DNA from: a virus
Strand: one strand, 5' to 3'
Virus record (IMG/VR): IMGVR_UViG_3300022916_000005
DNA length: 64,000 bases
Part shown: piece after piece, positions 48,801 to 57,830 of the stretch
How positions within the stretch are numbered: the first letter of the stretch is position 1
Layout of the letters: every line of letters begins with the position of its first letter
Notes under the pieces: generated by a model
Told to the model about the DNA's origin: nothing
The model's input: the letters and a program-made list of their open reading frames with translations, nothing else
Databases searched by the model: none
Translations under genes and position numbers: made by a program

Positions 48801-49253
48801 CTTGTAAGACCAACGTCACTTAAAAAGATGTTGGAGGCAGTAGACGCATTCAAGGATGAAGATGACTTTTCTCAAGATGATATGATTACGATGAAGTCAG
48901 AATTGACAGGGATGTACCCAATTGAATTGATCATGTCAGATGAACTTGACACAAGATTAAAAAATAAAGAGATTCAATCATTAGGTTCGATCTCCAAGAA
49001 GGAGAATGGAGTACATCTTTGTTGGACAATCCCTAAAGAGATCAAGACATTAAGAACAACAAGAGGATCTCAATACCTTATTGTTACATGTATTGATGAT
49101 ACGTTTGAAATTGTAAAGATCAAGTGTTGGAACGTTAACCCCAAATCGGATACGATTGCATTGAATAGAGTATATGCGGTGAAGTTAAAATACGATAAGA
49201 AGTGGGGATATTCTTGCGATGACTTTGGCAAATGTTTTAAGAGGCTAACATGA
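45837..49253 (+). CDS. dnaE: DNA polymerase III alpha subunit
   Basis: PHP motifs LHGHT..S..D and ALTDHG, GPGRGSCGGSL, FERFL, PDIDVDF, HAAG, KFDLLGL and FNFSHS. Confidence 0.96.
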   Translation: MTLKNYVNLHGHTNDSIGDAIGSPVEHIDFAISNGAKAIALTDHGNMINFSAAYLYSQKLQEQGQDFKVIYGTEAYFIDDLEEWHDEYQEYKKSLKNKKTKKEEKGIEDDRTRGKVGRNPINRRYHLVLLAKNETGLKNLFKLISQSNSDYNYYRYPRIDYKMLEEHSEGLICLSACMGSRMANVYFKYKDKKNKEEQIIKEMTEVAEKHRSIFGKDYYLELQWNAFEDQHTINQYIIQVAQKLDIKLVSTTDAHYHKPELWQSREMYKRLAWLSKGKGEPLPESIEELGMELYPKNGEQMWDSYLNYGNGYTYDDNTIEDSITRTKEIADEIEVIKVKTDVEFPDFVSPEGKDAGEYLKELCYSSMIEKNLDNDKYSSRLEYELDVIIKRGFAEYFLLMNEIIEEAKRTQLVGPGRGSCGGSLIAYLLEITQIDPIRWGMQFERFLDIEGNSFPDIDVDFEDRAGLREIIEKKWKEKYGVDVVQISNFTTLKLKSLIKDLSKYHEIPYKEVNIVTTAMFEESESSIKEERGITAGILDNPTLDEVKKHSPSLREFLDNHPEVSKHMGALEGQKRSIGKHAAGIVIGSNITEKMPLVRSKGTLQTPWTEGISARHLEPLGFLKFDLLGLETLGMIRGAIEHTLKRHYNMPNPEFKDIQDYYNKNLHPDVLDFSDKMVYNNVYQGGNFVGIFQFARDNVQQFCMDVNPKGLRDVSAVTAIHRPGPLIAGVHRKFIKNRANSNSIGYQHPITKEVLKDNAGLVIYQEDIANLTHKLGKDLSLAEGNKLRKLLMKKGLGETGGKKEQIYKKFLAGCLEKGITKKEAEKMWKEFEGHSKYSFNFSHSLMYSAISYQCSWLLTHYPAEWIASYLQREKPANKEQAISSAKKAGFKIEDVNINTSGKVWEISEDGKTLIQPLNSLKGVGDAAVEEILKFRPFNTVEELLFNKEIRYGKLNKKVMDAFARVGALKDLYKDDSRFNHLRHFWSSTILVRPTSLKKMLEAVDAFKDEDDFSQDDMITMKSELTGMYPIELIMSDELDTRLKNKEIQSLGSISKKENGVHLCWTIPKEIKTLRTTRGSQYLIVTCIDDTFEIVKIKCWNVNPKSDTIALNRVYAVKLKYDKKWGYSCDDFGKCFKRLT

Positions 49254-50140
49254 AAAGTGAAGGGTATAAAGTTGGGGATATTTACTATCATACCGAATGT
49301 CGAGAGTATGTGGTGATTGTTGGGCATCTTAAGAGCGGGAAGGTTAGAGCGCGTTGTTGGACAAGAAAAGGTATAGGTGAGAACACAGTTTTTAAGCCAA
49401 ATTTGAACATGTATGCAAGATGTCTTATCCCAATTGTGGAGCGTAAAGAGTGAGATATAGAAAAGACATCATCTCTATTGGAGATATTCGTAGGTCACTA
49501 AACTCAGGTATATTCTATTATGTTTATGGAACATGTAGACACAGTGTTAAGACTTATACTCTTCTTATTTTGAGTGGGTTATCTAAAGGAAGATATGTCC
49601 ACATCTTGAAAGGATCAATGTTCGCACAGGATTTGAGGCTTGTTTCGAAATGAAGGCAAAGATTATGGAGAGTAAAGATGGATAAGAAACAATTACTTAA
49701 GATCATCAAGAATTTAACAAACTCATATGAATGTCATTTGGCAAAGGAAAAAGATATCAATAATTGGGATGAGTATGATTATATGATGATCCCATATTGG
49801 AGAGAGGCATTGATGGCATTGCAAATTTGTGAGCGAGAAGAAAAATTATAATCATTTTTATGTTGCAAATCATTCCTGATCGGGGTATAATGTATTAAAC
49901 AATAAAGGATAAGACACGATGTTTAAAGTAAACGACCTCCTTTATACCTCGATATATCGAGAATATTGGTTGGTTTTGGAGGTTTTGAGTGACTGTGATT
50001 TGTATGTTGTCTTAATCATAAACGGGCCTTTAAAAGGCAAAATTCACAATTTATATGCATTAAAAAATGCAACAAGCTTAATTAGCAGGGAGAATAAAAA
50101 TGGACATGACAATTGGAGCGTTCATCTTGGCAGCAAGTAG
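49250..50140 (+). other. Array 5 of small ORFs (49250, 49450, 49919 SH3-like; 49678 other)
   Basis: YKVGDIY, ISIGDIR and FKVNDLL starts. Confidence 0.65.
49863..49891 (+). promoter_or_regulatory. Sigma70-type early promoter
   Basis: TTGCAA-17 nt-TATAAT upstream of 49919. Confidence 0.7.
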
Positions 50141-50309
50141 TATCTTTTGGTTCTACAAAGGAAAGAGAGAAGGAGTACGAGAGGCAATCTCAACAGTGAC
50201 AGCTTTGTCAATGGAGCAGGATAAGTATCGAGAAGATAATGATGGAGAAGTAAGCGAAGAAACTCAAGAAGAATTGACACAATATATCCAGTCAGCGTTG
50301 AAGGATTAA
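50100..50309 (+). CDS. Small N-terminally membrane-anchored protein
   Basis: Hydrophobic N-terminus followed by YKGKREG. Confidence 0.6.
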   Translation: MDMTIGAFILAASSIFWFYKGKREGVREAISTVTALSMEQDKYREDNDGEVSEETQEELTQYIQSALKD

Positions 50310-50311
50310 AT

Positions 50312-50500
50312 ATGCTAGAACTTATTCTTATTGTAACTGCTATTTTCTTGAGTTTCGTTGGATGGATTTTTGGTTATAAGACAGGATACAACGCGGCAAT
50401 TGAGGTTTGCGAGGAATTAACAAAAAAGGAAAGAGAAAGACTGAGCATAACACCCGTATTGGATGGTTGGAAAGAAGGAAAGAATAAAAAGGAGAATTAA
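50312..50500 (+). CDS. Small N-terminally membrane-anchored protein
   Basis: Hydrophobic N-terminus followed by GYKTGY. Confidence 0.6.
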   Translation: MLELILIVTAIFLSFVGWIFGYKTGYNAAIEVCEELTKKERERLSITPVLDGWKEGKNKKEN

Positions 50501-50952
50501 TGTATATTAAGTTTTATAGTTTGAGACTAGGAGTCAAGACACCAGAGAAAGGACACCCAGGGGATGCGGGAATCGATCTGTTTTATAACCCCGAGAAAGA
50601 AGAGGTAAAATATATTGATGCACATAGTACAGTTCTACTTAAGACAGGAATTAAGGTAGAAGTTCCATTAGGGCATGTGTTAAAGATTCAGAACAGATCA
50701 AGTATGTCCTTAAAGAAAGGGTGTATTGTTGGAGCAGGAATTGTAGATCCCCTATACGAAGGGGAAATTGGAGTAGTTCTTCACAACATTAGTGGTAAGA
50801 GCATCCAGATCAATCCAAAAGATAAGATTGCTCAAATGATTTTGTTTCCAATTGTATCTTGTGAACCTATTGAAGCACTAGATGACGACCTTTACGAGAA
50901 TACTCCAACAAGGGAAAGAAAGGATAGCGGTTTTGGAAGTACAGGACGTTAA
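50500..50952 (+). CDS. dut: dUTPase (trimeric)
   Basis: GDAGIDL, NRSS, GIVDPLYEGEI, KIAQ and RKDSGFGSTG. Confidence 0.95.
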   Translation: MYIKFYSLRLGVKTPEKGHPGDAGIDLFYNPEKEEVKYIDAHSTVLLKTGIKVEVPLGHVLKIQNRSSMSLKKGCIVGAGIVDPLYEGEIGVVLHNISGKSIQINPKDKIAQMILFPIVSCEPIEALDDDLYENTPTRERKDSGFGSTGR

Positions 50953-52203
50953 ATTATTAAACATTGGAGATATCTTTCACCATAACGGAAGGGGAAGGGG
51001 TACAAGTCCGTTTTTGGGAATTATTGTTGGAGACAGTGGAGGATATTATGATATAAAATGGAGATTTACCAAAAGGCAGAACCATAATGAGTGGACAATC
51101 GGATTTTGTTCCAATTCGGATATGGAAGGATGGCTTTATAACGACAATTTAACATTTCTTTCAGAAAAGCATTTATAAAATGAAGAAACTTAAAGTAGGT
51201 GACATATTCTTTCTCAAATCATCGGATATTTCCTATTCAAAATCTCGTCACTTTGGTATAATTACAAAAATCAAGAATGGAAGTTACAGTCTTTTTTGGG
51301 TTCGTTTGGCAGAAAGTAGAAAGTTTTCTGCCACAATTTGCGCTTCTTCTTTAGAAAGGTGGGAGAGGGAAGGTCGTTTAAAAGTCGTTATTCGAGGATA
51401 GTATGAAGTACCCAATTGGAACGATATTTTGTTATCACGGAATCAATTGCCCACCAACTTATTGGAAGTTTTGCATAATTATTGGACATAAAAGTAATTC
51501 GTATAGTGTAAAGTGGATTCGATATAACGGATCAACTGCGAAGTATCTCTTAGAAGTGAACAGTGTAAATCGTTGGACAGAAGATTGCAAAGGAATAATA
51601 CTTAAAATAGCATGAAGTACTCAATTGGAACGATATTTTATCACAAACCCTACACCAAAGAAGATGAGCCATTCCTTATTGTTGTTACAAGAGATAGTGG
51701 GGAATTTTGCTTATGCAACGTAAATTGGGCCTTTATTAGGAAAAATATAGAATGGGTATCTGGGACAATGAACAAGGATTGGGCAAGAAGAGAATTTAAT
51801 AATAATAATATGTACTGTATTGTAGAGTGAACATGAAGTACCCAATTGGAACAGTATTTTGTTATCACGAAATCAATTGCCCACCAAATTATTGGAAGTT
51901 TTGCATAATTATTGGACATAAAGATGGAACGTACTCTACAAAAATGATTCGTTATGATGGAAAAGCATACGCTGATTATGGATTTTGTTGTAATATAGAC
52001 CTGTGGGAAACGAACAACAAAGGAACAATATTTAAAATAACATGAAGTACCCAATTGGAACGATTATAGGAATTCCTTTTAATAAAATGTATTTTCCAGA
52101 ACACCAGTGGAAATACTTGATCATCATTTCTCAAAATTATTTCAACTTTGCGCCTCGTTATGAAGGAATCGTTATCTCGCATAGTGGCAAAAAGAAGTAT
52201 TAA
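50933..52203 (+). other. Array 6 of small SH3/KOW-like ORFs (~50933, 51180, 51403, 51612, 51833, 52042)
   Basis: LNIGDIF and LKVGDIF starts, plus four MKY(P/S)IGT starts with near-identical 5' DNA. Confidence 0.75.
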
Positions 52204-52227
52204 AAACATGGGAGGAAAAATATTAAT

Positions 52228-52527
52228 ATGAGCATTTTAAGAAAATTTAAAAGAAAGAAACAAATCAAGGAAAAGAACATCAAACGAAAGGCAGCAGAGA
52301 AAAAGTTGCAAGAGCAAGCAACAATGTTTGATAAATTACCAGAAGGATGTTCAATTTGCAAGACACCCTTCGACAAGCAAAATAGAGAACACGCTATGAC
52401 ATGGCGAGTTTTTATTAACAACAAAGAAAAAAGAGTATCTCTGTTTTGCCCAAATTGCTATCAGGAGGCAGAGGAAAAAAATGAAAAAAGGGATTCAAAC
52501 ACCGGACAAACACAAACCAAGAATTGA
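52228..52527 (+). CDS. Zn-finger hypothetical protein
   Basis: CSIC...LFCPNC with a basic N-terminus. Confidence 0.7.
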   Translation: MSILRKFKRKKQIKEKNIKRKAAEKKLQEQATMFDKLPEGCSICKTPFDKQNREHAMTWRVFINNKEKRVSLFCPNCYQEAEEKNEKRDSNTGQTQTKN

Positions 52528-52867
52528 TTTTAGTTTTGGACAAGAAGAATCAAGAGTAAGATGGGGCCACGTTACTTTTGTAGAAAAAAGACAATTACAA
52601 GAATTTGATATTTGTCTCTCCAGAGACAAAATGACTAGAGGTGAATTTGTAAGGAACTGCATTGATCTTTACATTTCAAGGGATAAATCTTTTAACGATG
52701 TCTTAGACAAAATGTTGATAAGAATGAATCGAAACATGGATCCAGATGAAACCAAAATCTCAAGAGAGATTTTAAAGAAGAGAGAGAAGCAGGCAGAACT
52801 TGATGATGAGATTTTAGGGGAAGGTGATATTAAAAGTTTCTTTGACAATGTTGAAGAGAATAGTTAA
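52481..52867 (+). CDS. Hypothetical protein (possible ribbon-helix-helix)
   Basis: 128 aa. The MTRGEFVRNCI helix resembles an RHH. Confidence 0.55.
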   Translation: MKKGIQTPDKHKPRIDFSFGQEESRVRWGHVTFVEKRQLQEFDICLSRDKMTRGEFVRNCIDLYISRDKSFNDVLDKMLIRMNRNMDPDETKISREILKKREKQAELDDEILGEGDIKSFFDNVEENS

Positions 52868-52952
52868 TCTCTTTCTGTCTTTTTGCATATTGAATACTAT
52901 TTATTACAATAAAGCAAGTTTTATCTGCTATTAAAAAGGAGAAAGTACAACA

Positions 52953-53549
52953 ATGAGTAAGAAACTATTACTAACAGAGGCAACCACAAAGTCGTTTATG
53001 CGATTAGCTGGTTTGAAGTCTGGAGCATTCCTGACAGAGATGGCAGATGAAGGTTCTGACGTTGGCGAAGCACCAGAAGAGGGTGTTGTAGAGGAAGAAG
53101 TAATCCCAGGAGAAGATGAGGAGATTGACATCGAGGCCGATCTTGAAGGTGAGGCTCCTATGGACACTCCTGTTGAAGCTCCTGTTGAGGGTGGAGATAT
53201 GGCTCCAATTGACGATGTCCCTGTTGAGGATGGAAGTGCGGTCCCTAATGCGGAGGCTATCGCAGCAGCAGTAGCTACAGCAGTTGCTCAAGTAATTCAG
53301 GATGAGTTAGGTATTGAAGCTTCCGTAGAAGGTGGTGATGAGATGGGACTAGAAGGTGAGTTAGGAGAGGAACTTCCTGTAGAAGACGATCTTGGGCTAG
53401 ATACCGAAGTTCCTGTCGAAAGTGAAGAAATGCCTCCAATGGATGATGAACTTGTCAACGAAGTTACAGAGCGAGTATTTAAACGACTCAAAGGGATGCA
53501 AAGAAAGGCTCCTGCAAAACAGAAGCGAGTTATTCGACAAAAGAAGTAA
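52953..53549 (+). CDS. Highly acidic late protein, probable head core/scaffold-type protein
   Basis: Preceded by CTATTTA (52897). N-terminus LLLTE...FMRLAGL...FLTE and an E/D/P-rich body. Confidence 0.65.
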   Translation: MSKKLLLTEATTKSFMRLAGLKSGAFLTEMADEGSDVGEAPEEGVVEEEVIPGEDEEIDIEADLEGEAPMDTPVEAPVEGGDMAPIDDVPVEDGSAVPNAEAIAAAVATAVAQVIQDELGIEASVEGGDEMGLEGELGEELPVEDDLGLDTEVPVESEEMPPMDDELVNEVTERVFKRLKGMQRKAPAKQKRVIRQKK

Positions 53550-53598
53550 GACATTCGTTCTTATTTCGACATAATAAAAACAACAAAAAGAGGCTTAA

Positions 53599-54186
53599 AT
53601 GAACTATAGATGCAATCGAGAGCAAGAAAATCTCGAAGACGTACAGGAATGTCATTCTTCTGTCATTATTGTAGAAGAGGCACGCATTATTGGGATGTAT
53701 GGCGATATTGATTTTGAAAAGACGGCAGAAGTTATTCACGCCCTTGACCATTTTGGAATGGACGAAGATAATAAACAACCTGTTAGGTTTAACATTTCAA
53801 CTCCAGGTGGAGATCTTGTAAATGCTCTTGCGATTTATGACGCAATGATGGAACTAAGATCGAAAGGTGTTGAGATTCATACTAAAGGAGTGGGAGAAGT
53901 GTCTTCGGCAGGGGTTTGTTTAATAGCTGCTGGATCAAAGAGAGTGATGGGTCCAAATTGTCGCTTAATGATCCACGGTCTTTATTCTACTTTTAACGGA
54001 ACAATTGCAGAAATTGAAGACGAGATCAGAGAAACAAAGATCAGAGAAAAACAATATATTAAGATTCTAAAAGATCATAGCGAACTAACCGAAGAACAAT
54101 ATCAGCACTTTATTGATTCTGGCAAGAATGTGTTCATTTCTGCAGAATCTGCTTTAAAGTTCGGTTTAATTGACGAAATTCTATAA
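53599..54186 (+). CDS. clpP: ClpP-like protease
   Basis: ISTPGG...ALAIYD, GEVSSAG (catalytic Ser), RLMIH and ALKFGLIDEI. Confidence 0.88.
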   Translation: MNYRCNREQENLEDVQECHSSVIIVEEARIIGMYGDIDFEKTAEVIHALDHFGMDEDNKQPVRFNISTPGGDLVNALAIYDAMMELRSKGVEIHTKGVGEVSSAGVCLIAAGSKRVMGPNCRLMIHGLYSTFNGTIAEIEDEIRETKIREKQYIKILKDHSELTEEQYQHFIDSGKNVFISAESALKFGLIDEIL

Positions 54187-54206
54187 AACAACAACAAGAG
54201 GAAGAA

Positions 54207-55766
54207 ATGAAACTATATTCAAGAGAAGAAGAGTTAAAGGCATCCTTGATTAAGGGTGCAGAACAAATTGCAAGCATTGTATCAAGCACTTTGGGTCCAA
54301 ATGGTTGTCCTGTCATTTTAAAAGCAAAGGGAGAAAAACCTTTAATTACGAAAGATGGAGTAACTGTTGCAAGATTTACAACATACGAAGACCCTTTTGA
54401 GAATGTCGCTGCATCAATCATCAAACAAGCATCAGAAGAAACAAATACCACTTGTGGAGATGGAACAACAACTACAACAATCTTGGCTAGTGCTATCTTT
54501 AAAGAGTCACAAAAATATATCTCTCTTGGTATTTCTCCTTACAAGTTAAAGAGGGAGATTGATGTAGTTGTAGAAAAGATCGTTACTCAAATTGCAGAAC
54601 TTGCAAAACCAATTGGTTCATTAAAAGAGATTCGAGATATTGCAAGGATTTCTGCAAACAACGATTCAAAGATTGGAGATCTTGTTGCAGATGCTATCGA
54701 TCAGATCGGTAGAGATGGAGCAATCACTATTGAAGAGGCCAGATCATTAGAGACAACGCTAGAGATTGCTGAAGGGTATAGATTCGATTCAGGATATGTT
54801 GCAAAAGATTTTATTACAGACACAAAGAATGGCTTGGCAAAGTTAGACAATCCTTACATTCTTGTCACTGATGAATCAATTGACAACATCAAATCAATTG
54901 CAAAGATTTTAGAGACTGTTGCAAGAGATGAATCGTCAATTGTTCTTATTGCAAACGATTTTGGGAAAGAAGTGTTGTCAACATTATTGATTAACCATAT
55001 TCGAGGAACAATCAAGAATGTAGCAATTAAGGCTCCAAGATACGGAGAAGAAAGAAGAGCAATTCTAGAAGATATTGCATTGGCAACTGGTTCAACGTTT
55101 ATTAACAAATTGGCAGGACTTAAAGTATCTGCCGTAGAGTTGAAGGATCTTGGAAGGGCAAAATCTATTGAGATTTCAAGTACAGAAACGATCATTGCCG
55201 AAGCTAATGGAGAACAAGGAAAGATCGAAGAACAGGTAGAGAAGTTAAAGTCATTGATTAAGCAGACAAATAATATGAAGGAAGCAGAGCGGATTCAAGA
55301 CAGAATTAATCAATTGTCTGCTGCTGTTGGGATCATCAAGGTAGGTGGTAGAACTGAAGTAGAAGTGACAGAGAAGAAATTTAGAATTGAAGATGCCTTA
55401 GAAGCTGCAAAATCTGCCATCGAAGAAGGAATTGTCCCTGGTGGTGGTACAACATATTTAAGAGCGATTTTAGACATTAATGACCATTCCGATGTAGAGT
55501 ATGGATACAAAATTGTTTACAATGCAGTAATGGAACCGCTGAAGATCATGGCTGCAAGAACAAAAGACACATCAGAAAGACAAATTTTTAACAAGTTGAC
55601 CAACGATGACACGAGCGGATATGACTTTGCAAATGAAGAATTTGTAGATGACATGTTTGAAATTGGAATTGTGGATCCTGCAAAAGTATTGAAATATGCA
55701 TTAAGAAATGCAGCAAGTGCAGCAACTACATTACTCATTACAAATCATGCCGCGATAGAAGAATAA
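54207..55766 (+). CDS. groEL: Chaperonin GroEL
   Basis: STLGPNG, ITKDGVTVA, GDGTTT, KAPRYG, GIVPGGG and GIVDPAKV. Confidence 0.96.
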   Translation: MKLYSREEELKASLIKGAEQIASIVSSTLGPNGCPVILKAKGEKPLITKDGVTVARFTTYEDPFENVAASIIKQASEETNTTCGDGTTTTTILASAIFKESQKYISLGISPYKLKREIDVVVEKIVTQIAELAKPIGSLKEIRDIARISANNDSKIGDLVADAIDQIGRDGAITIEEARSLETTLEIAEGYRFDSGYVAKDFITDTKNGLAKLDNPYILVTDESIDNIKSIAKILETVARDESSIVLIANDFGKEVLSTLLINHIRGTIKNVAIKAPRYGEERRAILEDIALATGSTFINKLAGLKVSAVELKDLGRAKSIEISSTETIIAEANGEQGKIEEQVEKLKSLIKQTNNMKEAERIQDRINQLSAAVGIIKVGGRTEVEVTEKKFRIEDALEAAKSAIEEGIVPGGGTTYLRAILDINDHSDVEYGYKIVYNAVMEPLKIMAARTKDTSERQIFNKLTNDDTSGYDFANEEFVDDMFEIGIVDPAKVLKYALRNAASAATTLLITNHAAIEE

Positions 55767-55807
55767 TTAATATAACTATATAGTATATAACTGAAGGGTA
55801 AAGATGT

Positions 55808-56992
55808 ATGGCAAATATTGAAGAAATGATAAAAAATATAATGAATGCTGCCGAGGTGTTTGACAGGATCCCAATTACATTAGGGAAACCAATGTTAAAA
55901 GAAGAATATAGAGATGTTCAAGGGAAATCTGAAAAGTCTGGAGGAGATCTTGGTATTCGTTTACCCGTTATTGGATGGTCAGAGGCAAGGTTGGGAACTC
56001 TTGGGACAAAAGAAAGGGATGTCTTTAAGAAGTACCTTGATAACATTGGAAAAGGTGGAGATTCTGCAAAAGAGATCATCAAGAATAAGTTCAATGCTTT
56101 AAATAAGTTTGTTCAAAGAGGACCAATTCCAGGGGCCAGTGCTGGAGAAAAGTTATCACACTTGTTGTTCATTGATTTATTTATGACATTATTGAATGAA
56201 TTTAGTGCTGGTGCATCTGGCATGTTGACAGAAGCTTTTGTTGCTGCCATGATTGACGGGATTCAAAAGGCAGGTAGAACAATTGTTGATATTGTCGGAC
56301 CAAATGGGGAACCCTTGTCATTAAAAGTAATTGAACCAAAGACTCCAATTAGAGGTAGTGCAGCAAACTTGTCAGTTGGAATTCTCGCAAGTGGGAAGGG
56401 AAGTATTGATTACCTCATCTTCGAGAAATCAGGAACACAAGGAAATATCAACGCAATTGAAGCATATTATCTTCCAATTACAAGAGAAAACTTTTTAAGA
56501 ACAACAACCGCAAAGGTGAATCAAAAGTATATCAATTTGACAAGTGAAAAGTTGTTTGCAGAAATTGAGAGGTTTGTTGATCAGAATGTTACGCCCGAGG
56601 ATAGTGATGACGAGATTGACAGAGATGTATCACGACCTCCAAGACAGGAAAGATTGTTACAAGAGGGATATGAAGAAAAGATTGGCAGAAGTATTGCCAA
56701 AGAGTTTTTTGTAAAGTCTCAATTGCTGATCAAGAAAGCAGAAGTAAAGAGAAATTTACCGTTTGCTGTTCTTAACCTCGGAGAAAAAGAAGAATATTTA
56801 AATAACATCCAATCATATACTGCCTCAATCGAGAAAGATGTTAAAACAATTTATGATGGAGTATATTGGTTAGGAGTTTATATCAGCAGATACTTCATTG
56901 ACAACAAAACAGAAGCAGTGAACGAAGCCTCAAAAGAATTAGACAAGCTAAAAGATGCTGTTGACTCCGTTGTTCAAGGTACGGTAGAATAA
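55808..56992 (+). CDS. Hypothetical late protein with PD-(D/E)xK-like nuclease motif
   Basis: Preceded by a CTATATA variant motif. LTEAFVA...IVDIV....LSLK pattern. Confidence 0.55.
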   Translation: MANIEEMIKNIMNAAEVFDRIPITLGKPMLKEEYRDVQGKSEKSGGDLGIRLPVIGWSEARLGTLGTKERDVFKKYLDNIGKGGDSAKEIIKNKFNALNKFVQRGPIPGASAGEKLSHLLFIDLFMTLLNEFSAGASGMLTEAFVAAMIDGIQKAGRTIVDIVGPNGEPLSLKVIEPKTPIRGSAANLSVGILASGKGSIDYLIFEKSGTQGNINAIEAYYLPITRENFLRTTTAKVNQKYINLTSEKLFAEIERFVDQNVTPEDSDDEIDRDVSRPPRQERLLQEGYEEKIGRSIAKEFFVKSQLLIKKAEVKRNLPFAVLNLGEKEEYLNNIQSYTASIEKDVKTIYDGVYWLGVYISRYFIDNKTEAVNEASKELDKLKDAVDSVVQGTVE

Positions 56993-56998
56993 AAGTCC

Positions 56999-57027
56999 TT
57001 GACAATCCCCTCCATTCGTATTATAAT
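56999..57027 (+). promoter_or_regulatory. Sigma70 early promoter of cassette A
   Basis: TTGACA-17 nt-TATAAT, perfect consensus. Confidence 0.88.
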
Positions 57028-57057
57028 ATGACATAACTTGATATAGGTAGGTCCAAA

Positions 57058-57312
57058 ATGATTCAATTCCTTCTCGCTTGTTTGGGTCTTTTTCTGATCA
57101 TATTCCTCATTTTGGTAAGTCGTTATTATGAGGAAAAATTGGAGGAAGAAGTCCATAAAACAAGATGCCCAAAATGTGGTGGAATGTGGAAGATACACAA
57201 CTGGTTTCGCGGTATGGTGGTTCTTTCTTGCCCCAAATATCACGAGTTAAACCATGTCAGCCTTTCCTCATTTGAACAATTTGAAAAATATTGCAACAAC
57301 AAGGAAGGATAA
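57058..57312 (+). CDS. Membrane-anchored Zn-ribbon protein (cassette A)
   Basis: N-terminal hydrophobic helix, then CPKC...CPKYH. Confidence 0.75.
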   Translation: MIQFLLACLGLFLIIFLILVSRYYEEKLEEEVHKTRCPKCGGMWKIHNWFRGMVVLSCPKYHELNHVSLSSFEQFEKYCNNKEG

Positions 57313-57830
57313 TGATCAAGCCATATCAAATTTGGGCAGATGGCACCGTCATTTATAATCGCGATCACTATACTCCAAGACCTGATGGTTGTGCCATTAG
57401 TATCCCAGAGAAGATAATCATTTGGTATCAAAATAACAAGTATCACCGCACTGATGGTCCTGCCATTGAATATGCCAATGGTGGCAAAGAATGGTATCAA
57501 AATAACAAGCGTCACCGCTTTGACGGCCCTGCCATTGAATTTGCCAATGGCGACAAATCTTGGTACATTGATGGCAAGTGTCACCGCATTGACGGCCCTG
57601 CCATTGAATATGCCAATGGTACCAAATTTTGGTTTCAAAATGGCAAATATCACCGCATTGACGGCCCTGCCATTGAATATGCCAATGGTGACAAATTTTG
57701 GTATCAAAATGGCAAACATCACCACATTGACGGCCCTGCCGTTGAATATGCCAATGGTACCAAATTTTGGTATATTGATGGTGTCGAATATTCCGAGCAT
57801 GACTATAAAATTGAGATGAGCAACAAATGA
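57312..57830 (+). CDS. HRxDGPA 23-aa repeat protein (5 units)
   Basis: N-cap YQIWADGTVIY, five 69-bp units at 57423-57767, C-cap WYIDGVEYSEHDY. The start overlaps the previous stop (TAATG). Confidence 0.9.
   Translation: MIKPYQIWADGTVIYNRDHYTPRPDGCAISIPEKIIIWYQNNKYHRTDGPAIEYANGGKEWYQNNKRHRFDGPAIEFANGDKSWYIDGKCHRIDGPAIEYANGTKFWFQNGKYHRIDGPAIEYANGDKFWYQNGKHHHIDGPAVEYANGTKFWYIDGVEYSEHDYKIEMSNK
57423..57767 (+). repeat. 5 x 69-bp tandem repeat
   Basis: Consensus TGGTATCAAAATGGCAAGTATCACCGCATTGACGGCCCTGCCATTGAATATGCCAATGGTGACAAATTT. Confidence 0.97.
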
